Origin: a virus
Taxonomy: Duplodnaviria; Caudoviricetes
DNA: 64,000 nt
Reading direction: 5' to 3' (one strand)
Virus record (IMG/VR): IMGVR_UViG_3300032257_000008
Span: 1 to 64,000 of that record
Shown: positions 56,452 to 64,000 of the stretch, in pieces
Numbering within the stretch: position 1 is the stretch's first letter
How the letters are laid out: each line of letters begins with the position of its first letter
Notes under the pieces: generated by a model
Told to the model about the DNA's origin: nothing
The model's input: only the letters and a program-made list of their open reading frames with translations
Database searches by the model: none
Program-made: the position numbers and the translations under genes

Positions 56452-56468
56452 GTTAATAATCTACACTA

Positions 56469-58859
56469 CTAACGGATAATACCTGGTTTAAATTCTGGTA
56501 ATTTAAGAGCATTGTCTACATAAGACTCAATTTGACTTAATGCGAGTACTCCAGGGTTACCGGTATGTACGGTTCTACTATAAAATTCAGTTGGTGACTC
56601 ATAAGGATTATTCTCTACAACTTGCAATACATCATATACTTCCAGATCACTATCAGAATACGGATCTAAACCAGCTTGTATAGCATCGAGTTCATCCTGC
56701 TGGTCTTCATAGGTAGAGTTGAGATCTGCAAAATCTTCATTTAAAGTCTCAAATTGATCGGCTATATCAATAGCTGCTGACTGCCCTACAGAACTTACAC
56801 CAACTAATAACTGATCAGCAAAAGATAATCCATCTCTACCACCACCCCAGTTATAGAAGGTACCGATTGCATGTAATGTTACTGCAGTATTACGAGCATC
56901 TACATCATCTGGTTCTATGTCTTCTAAAATATCTTCTAATACAGCATCGAGAGCTGCCTGTATTAATAATGTTTTGCCTAGCTCCCATAGGAAAGTACTT
57001 AAGTTGCCTGAACCACTAATTAAAGAAAAAATAGCTAAAGCTTTAAATGCAACATCTACTAAACCAATAAACCTTGGGGTTTCATACCACTCTAAATATT
57101 GAGAGTCTTGAGCGTAAATAACTAAATGCAATGTTTCATATATTAAATCTTGTTCTTCAGTTAATTCAAAAGAATCAATCATATTATGAGACACTGGAAG
57201 TATAAAATTATTCCTTTCCGCCTCATCTTCACTTAAAGCTACAAGTTTAGTTTTAGCTTCCCCTGTTGCAATAGATACAATTGAAGTAACCATGTATAAA
57301 CCATGAACTTTTAATTCATGATACGTTGTTTCTGTAATTTGGTATTGTATGGTCATATAACTTAATATATCACCACCAGTTTCCTCATCAGTTTCTTCAT
57401 CAACAACTATAGGCTCATTAGGTAAAATAGTATGTGATACCGTGCATTCACCTAAAGGACATACAGTACCTAAAATATCTAATGTTCTGGTTATATAGTT
57501 ATATCTAACAAGAGTATTATAATTTTGTTCTTGCACATGATAAGTATTAGCTGGTTTAGGGTAATCAGCATTATTATATGTTGTTATATCTATAGCTAAG
57601 TTAGTGAATAAGTTATTAAATAATAAAAATAATAACTGTTTACCATGTACAGTATCAGTATAAACATTTAAACCAAATAATATAAAGACATCACTTATTA
57701 AATCTATATCTGGATTATCATGAATACTATTTAATATAGTATCTAAATTTATACCAACTTTCCTAAGTAATTCATACGTAGTTAAATACTCGGGAGAAAG
57801 TAAATCATTATTTATACTTACGTTATTTTCTCTTACAGGAACAATAGATAACATTCCAGTACCATCGGTACCACTAGCCGGCACTATATTTAATGCTGGA
57901 TATGTTCCTAAAGCTCTTCTGTATATCCATACTTTATTTACTGTAGGATCCGAATCTAAAGAATAAATCACAGTGTAATAAAATTCTTCTAATGGTTTAA
58001 GAATTCCAGTAATAGTAGTTGTTTGACCATCTTCTACAACATTTGATGTTAACCCAGTATTAAATACACCATCATTACTACCATCCCCAGGTTGTTGAGT
58101 AACTACTGGAGTACCATACGTAGTTGTAACATCTGGAGGGTTGGTACCATCATCAACAGTAACTTCTGTTTTTTCAGTAGTGGTAGTTGTTTCAGTACCA
58201 CCTACAGTATTAATAACAATATCCAGTGATATAACTGTTGTTGTAATTATTACGTTAGAAAAATTAGCAATATATTCTGTACCTAAACCATTAAGTTCAG
58301 CACCGGTGTATAACCAGTCAACACCAGCTATATTACATACACCTGTATGATAATTAAATATTTCACTTTCTTGTAAATACCAGCGTACCCAGTTATCCAT
58401 TTTCGGAACAGCAAGACGTACAAATGAAGAAGTTACAGGTTCTAACTCAATGGAAGCTATAACAGTTTCTACATCACTTTTTCTGGTGTCAGAATAATTT
58501 AAAGTACTAGTAGGTATGCCATGCACATAAGTATTAGCACCGTAATAAGCGTAACTTCTTAAACTAGCGCTAATACCGGTAACATACTCTCTTTTAAAAC
58601 CATCAGCTATAGATTTATTATCAATAGCATGACGGAATATGATTCCTTGTATAGGATTTTTAGGGGGATCACTTATTAATGGTACTGTAATAACTTCAAC
58701 TGCAACTACAGTCTCACCTTCAATACCAATAATACCCATTATATCTTCAATGGTATCATCAACAAATCCAGTAAAACTATCCCAGTTATCTTCTCCAACA
58801 ACTGGTTCAATAATTTCTTCTTCTAACCAGTCCCAGGCATCTGAAAAGATATCACCCAT
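56469..58859 (-). CDS. N4 gp53-like structural (tail) protein
   Basis: 796 aa, C-terminal ESPTEFYSRT.HTG, synteny. Confidence 0.75.
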   Translation of the reverse strand: MGDIFSDAWDWLEEEIIEPVVGEDNWDSFTGFVDDTIEDIMGIIGIEGETVVAVEVITVPLISDPPKNPIQGIIFRHAIDNKSIADGFKREYVTGISASLRSYAYYGANTYVHGIPTSTLNYSDTRKSDVETVIASIELEPVTSSFVRLAVPKMDNWVRWYLQESEIFNYHTGVCNIAGVDWLYTGAELNGLGTEYIANFSNVIITTTVISLDIVINTVGGTETTTTTEKTEVTVDDGTNPPDVTTTYGTPVVTQQPGDGSNDGVFNTGLTSNVVEDGQTTTITGILKPLEEFYYTVIYSLDSDPTVNKVWIYRRALGTYPALNIVPASGTDGTGMLSIVPVRENNVSINNDLLSPEYLTTYELLRKVGINLDTILNSIHDNPDIDLISDVFILFGLNVYTDTVHGKQLLFLLFNNLFTNLAIDITTYNNADYPKPANTYHVQEQNYNTLVRYNYITRTLDILGTVCPLGECTVSHTILPNEPIVVDEETDEETGGDILSYMTIQYQITETTYHELKVHGLYMVTSIVSIATGEAKTKLVALSEDEAERNNFILPVSHNMIDSFELTEEQDLIYETLHLVIYAQDSQYLEWYETPRFIGLVDVAFKALAIFSLISGSGNLSTFLWELGKTLLIQAALDAVLEDILEDIEPDDVDARNTAVTLHAIGTFYNWGGGRDGLSFADQLLVGVSSVGQSAAIDIADQFETLNEDFADLNSTYEDQQDELDAIQAGLDPYSDSDLEVYDVLQVVENNPYESPTEFYSRTVHTGNPGVLALSQIESYVDNALKLPEFKPGIIR

Positions 58860-58861
58860 TA

Positions 58862-59830
58862 TTAAGCACTTAAACCATTTTGTGCATCTGTAATAATTGC
58901 ATCAATAGTAGCGTCACCCATTTTAGTACTTGGATTTATAGCAGAACCATCCACAGATTTACGAACTGCCCAGTTATCCATCATGATTTTAAGTAATTTC
59001 TGTTCCGCATCACGGTCGAAACCAGCTGCTTGTTTATCATATAAAGCTTTCTGTGCACCGACAGTACCAGCAACAGGAGTTAGACCATCAGATATTGTAT
59101 CTGCTGTTTGAGCAAATTCAGTTTCTTTCTTCTGTGCAAGTAATGCTGCTTCACCAATAATTTTAAGTGCTGCTTCAACTTCAGTAAGAATCTTTTTATC
59201 AAGTAAGTTTTCTTCTTTACCTACTTTAAGAGTTTCAGCTGCAGAACGTGCAGTATCTTGAACAATTTGCAATGCAACTTTTAACTCAGTTGCTGCTTTA
59301 TTATCTATTAAAATTTTCTCAGCATTAGATTTAGCAACTTGTGCTATTACTAATAATGCATTTTCAATTTCAGTTAATGCTTTTTTATCTATTAAAGTTT
59401 TTTCAGCATTGGCTTTAGCAGTGTTAGCAGTAACTAATAAAGTATTTTCTACCTCAGTTAATAACTGCTGACCTATTAAAGCTGTTTGAGCAACAACACG
59501 ATTTAACTCTTCTACAGTAAGTAAACGTTGTTGATCAACATTTAAAGTATTAGCAGTAGTAAGTTTAGTATTCTCTACTTCAGTTAGAGTTTGTTGTTCA
59601 ATTAAGTGAGCTTGCTTATCTGCAACATCTGCTCCTAATATAAATTGAGCAGCAGTAGACATTACAGTTTGCATAGAGCCCAGGTAAACATTAGCGTAGT
59701 CAGTACCTTTAAGTCTTTGTTTGTCCCATTGATTATTTAAGTGAGCTTCCACTGAAGACATCAATTTTTCAAACAAACCCTCACCATCTTTATCACCGGT
59801 GGTTAATTCTTTAATAGTTACTTCTGGCAT
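58862..59830 (-). CDS. N4 gp54-like structural protein with heptad repeats
   Basis: LTTG..DGEGLFEKLM, YANVYLG, GAQKALY.KQ..GFDRDAEQK. Confidence 0.8.
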   Translation of the reverse strand: MPEVTIKELTTGDKDGEGLFEKLMSSVEAHLNNQWDKQRLKGTDYANVYLGSMQTVMSTAAQFILGADVADKQAHLIEQQTLTEVENTKLTTANTLNVDQQRLLTVEELNRVVAQTALIGQQLLTEVENTLLVTANTAKANAEKTLIDKKALTEIENALLVIAQVAKSNAEKILIDNKAATELKVALQIVQDTARSAAETLKVGKEENLLDKKILTEVEAALKIIGEAALLAQKKETEFAQTADTISDGLTPVAGTVGAQKALYDKQAAGFDRDAEQKLLKIMMDNWAVRKSVDGSAINPSTKMGDATIDAIITDAQNGLSA

Positions 59831-59851
59831 AATGTTTCCTGGGTTAGTTCA

Positions 59852-60463
59852 TTATCGGTCTATTGAACCTGATAATGCTTGTTGTGATGCCAATTCTTGT
59901 AGCTCTTCAGATGTTAAAGGATCCATTAATTCTACAGCGAATTCCTTAACTAACTTTGGCTCAACAATCTGGTTACCGCGTGGACCCTTACGTTTAACAA
60001 ACGCTTGGTATCGACGTTCTTTAATTGTTTCATAAATAATACGTGGTACATGCCAACCTTCATCAGCATCAAATGGTATAAACTTTTTAAATGTACCTAA
60101 CTTACTTGAACCGACAGAGATAATTTCACCGGGCCAATCCTTTTTATTAGGATTCATACACGCTACACGCACACGTACTAGCTCAGAACATTTCTTTTTC
60201 TTACGAGCCATTAACTGACGAGGTGTTAGATTTTCCAATAAATTTTCTAATTTTTCTTTGCTCTCAGCTTCCTTAGCTTCTTCAATGCTTGGTTGCTCAG
60301 AAACAGGGGGCTTGTCTTCTAACTTAGCCGCAATCTTTGTTTTTAACTTATCAACACCAATATTAGGATGATATTTAATACCCATTAAATCTGCCTGAGA
60401 TTTAAGAGCAATTAATTCATCAGTACCGGTTGTTTCTTCTACTACATTTTCTTCTTCTGACAT
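59852..60463 (-). CDS. N4 gp55-like protein
   Basis: LKSQADLMGIKYHPNIG, LVRVRVACMNPNK, GWHVPRIIY, KEFAVE. Confidence 0.85.
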   Translation of the reverse strand: MSEEENVVEETTGTDELIALKSQADLMGIKYHPNIGVDKLKTKIAAKLEDKPPVSEQPSIEEAKEAESKEKLENLLENLTPRQLMARKKKKCSELVRVRVACMNPNKKDWPGEIISVGSSKLGTFKKFIPFDADEGWHVPRIIYETIKERRYQAFVKRKGPRGNQIVEPKLVKEFAVELMDPLTSEELQELASQQALSGSIDR

Positions 60464-60514
60464 TTTGTTGCTACCTTTTAAAGAGGGTGATACCTCTGTT
60501 ATTAATAAAGGATC

Positions 60515-60540
60515 GGCCCCTTACCCTCGCGGGTGGGGCC
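60515..60540 (-). terminator. Hairpin downstream of major capsid gene
   Basis: GGCCCC-ACCC-GCGA-GGGT-AA-GGGGCC, GNRA loop, then GATCCTTTATT. Confidence 0.6.
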
Positions 60541-60559
60541 TCACCATATTACTTACTGA

Positions 60560-61981
60560 TTACAGCTCAGCGATAGTTTTAACTACTGCTAAACGCTCAG
60601 AGCGTAAGATCATAGTACCGTAGTACCACTTGATGCTGTAGAAACCAGTCTCACCATATGGATCAGTGCGATCATGAGTTTCATCAGGCTTCTTGTGCTT
60701 GATCTTGAATTTTACAGTTTTACCATCAGTCTGGAAACCGATAGTTGTAAAAGACTCAGAACCAATTACTAACATTGGGAATACGTCATACTTACCATTA
60801 GTTTCATGGAAAGAAGTACTCAATGTAGTTACAAGTGCACCTGCACCTTCCCACTTCATCATTTCAGGAACAACGATGATGCGGAAGCCGGCTACAGAAC
60901 CGATTTCACCGCGAGCAATATCACCAGCGTTAGCATAATGCTGAACCGGGATGAATGCCTGGTTACCGTGTAAGTCTTTCATACGTTCCAGTGAAGGAAT
61001 TAATTCAGAACCTACATACATGTAACGAGCAGCTGATACAGTTTTAGTATCAATCATACGAGAACCAGAGATGATCTTAGTATGCTTAGGTGTACGGTTG
61101 TTATCCAACTCAATACCCAGCTTCATTAGATCTTCATAAGTTACCGCATCATTGGTATTACCAGTACCAAATGGATCAGTATCATCATTACCTTGCAGAT
61201 CACTAACAGCAGCAGCGCCACCAGTAAAGCGAACAACACCAGCGCCTTCTAACAAATCAATCTGAAGAGCATCTTCAGTCATTTCGTTAGCAGCTTTCAC
61301 TGATTCAGTAGTGATGTGCATTTCCAGTTCTGCATCTGAATCGAAGTCCAGAGATTCCTGAGTGTACTCATCGAAGAAACCGAATTTCTCGATAGTGCCT
61401 TCCAGTTCGATACGTTTCATACCGACACGGTTAACACGACCACCAGTTTCTGACAGAGCTGGAAGCTTACCAGAAATAGTACCTACATCTTTGCTTGAAC
61501 CATACAAAGAAACAGCACCACTAGTAGCAGCGGCTACAACGATGTCAACAGTATAAGCTACGTCAGCAGCGGCAGCAGCAGTAGCATAATCACCACCTGC
61601 ATGACCTAAGGCATTCAGGATTGGAAGAGCTTTAGCTTCTGCATCTGCAAGAGCAGCAGCAGCATCAACACCAGTACCAGTTACTACAATTACATCTGCA
61701 GCATCAGGAGTGATTGTGATAGTACGAGAGAACAGGATACTGATACCAGAAGCATCGATACCTTGATCATTAATGTTACGATCGTCCAGGATTGGAAGAT
61801 AATGGTACTGCTTAATTTTCTTACCCATGTTCTTAGGCATAGAACGAACATCAGCCATTTGACCGAAGTACATTTCTTTAGCAGCTTCTACAAGAGCTTT
61901 CTTATAGAACATATCCGTCCGGATCTGAGTACCTACACTCGAATCCTGGCCGTTTACTGGATCATTATAAATTTGTGGCAT
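60560..61981 (-). CDS. Major capsid protein (N4 gp56-like) with internal insertion
   Basis: LDDRNINDQGIDASG, LYGSSKD, GGRVNRVG, KFGFF.EYTQESLDFDSD, DPYGETGFYSIKWYYG. Confidence 0.95.
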   Translation of the reverse strand: MPQIYNDPVNGQDSSVGTQIRTDMFYKKALVEAAKEMYFGQMADVRSMPKNMGKKIKQYHYLPILDDRNINDQGIDASGISILFSRTITITPDAADVIVVTGTGVDAAAALADAEAKALPILNALGHAGGDYATAAAAADVAYTVDIVVAAATSGAVSLYGSSKDVGTISGKLPALSETGGRVNRVGMKRIELEGTIEKFGFFDEYTQESLDFDSDAELEMHITTESVKAANEMTEDALQIDLLEGAGVVRFTGGAAAVSDLQGNDDTDPFGTGNTNDAVTYEDLMKLGIELDNNRTPKHTKIISGSRMIDTKTVSAARYMYVGSELIPSLERMKDLHGNQAFIPVQHYANAGDIARGEIGSVAGFRIIVVPEMMKWEGAGALVTTLSTSFHETNGKYDVFPMLVIGSESFTTIGFQTDGKTVKFKIKHKKPDETHDRTDPYGETGFYSIKWYYGTMILRSERLAVVKTIAEL

Positions 61982-62003
61982 TTTGTTTACCTATAAATGA
62001 TAG

Positions 62004-63218
62004 TTACAATTTACCAGCCATAGCTTTTTCGAAATCTTCATCCGACATAGCCAAAGGATTAAAATCATCCTTAGCTTTACTATTGCTGGTGCTTTTGGTC
62101 GTACTTGCAGCACGTTTTTTACTTTTACGTTTAGATTCAGTTACCTTTTTCTTAGTAGCTGTATCTTCAGTCGTAGTATCCGCAGATTTACTATCATCAG
62201 GCTTTGGATCGAATCCACCCTGAGCATTGATCGCATCACCAACATGTTTATAGGCTTCTAAGTCAGAAAGCCCCGGGAGTTTACCTAATGCTCTTTGATG
62301 ATCAACAACATCCATTACACGTTTGTAAATGCCTGTTGCTACATGATCATTAATCGTACTAAGTACCTGGGGATTACTTACAGCAAAATCTCTGCTCTTA
62401 TCGTCCCATTTATTTTTAATGATATCGATCGTGTCTTCAAATGAGTCTGTATCTTTGATCTCAGCAAGTACGCCATCAAGTTCCACTTCTTTATCATCTA
62501 CAGTGTAATCTTCTGTGGGTTTGTAATCCGCATTAGATTTCACATCAATATCCAGTGGATCAATACCACTGTCTTTGATTAGTTTCTTAATAGCTTCCGG
62601 ATCTTTTTTATCCAGATCTATTAAGTAAGTTAACTTACTTTCATCAAGTAAATTGTTGTTATCAAGCATCTTAAGTACTTTAAGACCTGGCTTCATTGCT
62701 GCCATTTTCTTATTGTAGTTAGCACCCATTTTCATGAATGTAAGAGCTTCTTCAACAGAGTTAACCTGCATATCTTTTCCGTTTGCACGGAAAGGAGCGA
62801 ATAACTTAGCTAACTCTGTTTTAGCGTCAGTTTTGTCATCGTCCTCATCTTTATCAGAGTCTTTTTCTTTATCGTCATCTTCCTTGTCTGCATCAGTGTC
62901 GTCGTCACCATCTTCAGATTTATCATCCTCAGCATCGTCGTCTTCATCAGTTTTATCGTCGTCTGACTCATCATCATCAGAAGCATCATCTGCGTCTTCA
63001 TCAGAATCGGACTCATCATCCTTAACATCTTCATTATCATCTTCATCCGAATCATCATCAGAAGAAGAATCATCAGACTCTTCAGTAGTACCTTCTTCAG
63101 GAATACCACCATTAGCAAGAAATTCTGTAAATTCCTCATCACCCATACTTAAAGGATCAACTTCAGTAGTTGTACCCTCTTCAGTAGTGGTGCTTGTATC
63201 TGTTTCTTCTTCAGCCAT
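62004..63218 (-). CDS. N4 gp57-like acidic protein (scaffold-like)
   Basis: D/E/S low-complexity tract, FAPFRANGKDMQV, MGANY.KKM, NPLAMSDEDF. Confidence 0.85.
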   Translation of the reverse strand: MAEEETDTSTTTEEGTTTEVDPLSMGDEEFTEFLANGGIPEEGTTEESDDSSSDDDSDEDDNEDVKDDESDSDEDADDASDDDESDDDKTDEDDDAEDDKSEDGDDDTDADKEDDDKEKDSDKDEDDDKTDAKTELAKLFAPFRANGKDMQVNSVEEALTFMKMGANYNKKMAAMKPGLKVLKMLDNNNLLDESKLTYLIDLDKKDPEAIKKLIKDSGIDPLDIDVKSNADYKPTEDYTVDDKEVELDGVLAEIKDTDSFEDTIDIIKNKWDDKSRDFAVSNPQVLSTINDHVATGIYKRVMDVVDHQRALGKLPGLSDLEAYKHVGDAINAQGGFDPKPDDSKSADTTTEDTATKKKVTESKRKSKKRAASTTKSTSNSKAKDDFNPLAMSDEDFEKAMAGKL

Positions 63219-63220
63219 GA

Positions 63221-63568
63221 TTATTCACCATCATCTTCATGCTGTAACTCTTGAAGAGCTTCTTCATGACTTTCAAGTGAAGCTTCCATAGCAATACCAG
63301 TTTGCATAATCGAGCTCAGGTACATACGTAAATGACCGATAGCGGTAATCTGATCATTGATAGTTTTCTGGGCTTCCGGACTTTGTTGTGAAGGTTCAGC
63401 ACGTATTAACACAAGACGACTGGCTTCATCACGGAAATAACCATCACCAATAATAGTTTTCCACTCAGGAGTAGCAGACATTTTAGCCAACATTTCCATA
63501 ACACGAATAGTTTCTTTCGCGTCTTCAATACTAAGTTCAACTTGTTGTATTTGTTCTTCGGTATTCAT
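63221..63568 (-). CDS. N4 gp58-like protein
   Basis: EWKTII.DGYFRDEASRLV, synteny. Confidence 0.8.
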   Translation of the reverse strand: MNTEEQIQQVELSIEDAKETIRVMEMLAKMSATPEWKTIIGDGYFRDEASRLVLIRAEPSQQSPEAQKTINDQITAIGHLRMYLSSIMQTGIAMEASLESHEEALQELQHEDDGE

Positions 63569-63600
63569 TTACATGTGTCCTCTTACGAGATAATTAATAA

Positions 63601-64000
63601 TTAACCTAAAGCGGCTAACCCTGGGATTGGAGCATTTTCATCTCCTTTACTTTTAGGCGCAAATAAATTATCTGCAGCCTTAAGGTCTAACTGAGTTCCA
63701 CGATCGTGATCTTTTATATCAAGGTCACGTTGATGCTTCACACCAGTCTCTTGCTCGAGAAAATCTAAATCTTTTTTGTCAGCATCACTGTTAAGATTCT
63801 TAGCTTTAGCTTGCTCGGTTTGAGTCTTAGCTGCTTTGAGTCCAACATCGACTGCGTTTTCTTTACCTTTAGCCTGTTCATTGAACACTTGCGCTTTGAG
63901 TAATTCTACTTCAAGTAACGCTTTCTGTTGTGCAACAGGGTCAGGTTGAGGTTCATAGTCTTCGATCTGCTTAGAAAGAGTAGGCATTTTTCTAAGTCGA
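63601..64000 (-). CDS. Portal protein C-terminus (N4 gp59-like), partial
   Basis: Frame is open to the window edge (RLRKMPTLSKQIEDYEPQPDP), DLDFLEQETGVKHQRDL. Confidence 0.85.
   Translation of the reverse strand, partial: RLRKMPTLSKQIEDYEPQPDPVAQQKALLEVELLKAQVFNEQAKGKENAVDVGLKAAKTQTEQAKAKNLNSDADKKDLDFLEQETGVKHQRDLDIKDHDRGTQLDLKAADNLFAPKSKGDENAPIPGLAALG

Noticed and set aside
62734-63291. 185-aa Ser-rich plus-strand ORF
   Set aside because: Antisense shadow of the Asp/Glu low-complexity tract of gp57.

Overview
64 kb of an AT-rich N4-like (Schitoviridae) lytic podophage genome, apparently circularly permuted. The physical genome end most likely lies in the non-coding gap at about 10.53-10.93 kb, where late genes run left and early genes run right. 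Minus strand 1-10.5 kb holds tail/receptor-binding genes, a lysis cassette (overlapping spanins, holin, peptidase M15 endolysin), head-tail adaptor, terminase, a dATP/dGTP diphosphohydrolase and small ORFs. Plus strand 10.9-45.27 kb holds many small early ORFs, two-subunit RNAP II, a TraR/DksA-like protein, a 2OG-Fe(II) oxygenase-like protein, ThyX, MoxR/VWA, an orphan NrdJb, GIY-YIG-HTH, a split family A DNA polymerase, exonuclease, primase, AAA, SSB, dUTPase and a RuvC-like resolvase. Minus strand 45.27-64 kb holds the 3158-aa Cys-free virion RNA polymerase, ejection/structural proteins, major capsid, an acidic scaffold-like protein and the portal C-terminus. No tRNA, CRISPR array or integrase was seen. 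The most interesting unexplained signals are: (1) several GC-rich, densely base-paired intergenic islands, two of which (42.17-42.70 kb and 44.54-44.80 kb) have pseudoknot or kissing-loop potential and share sequence motifs, making them candidate phage structured ncRNAs; (2) an NrdJb-like subunit with no catalytic NrdJa; (3) no recognisable Dda-type helicase or rII genes; (4) a 26-nt hairpin-linked repeat in the early region. All annotation is by eye and from recalled family motifs; no searches or folding programs were run.
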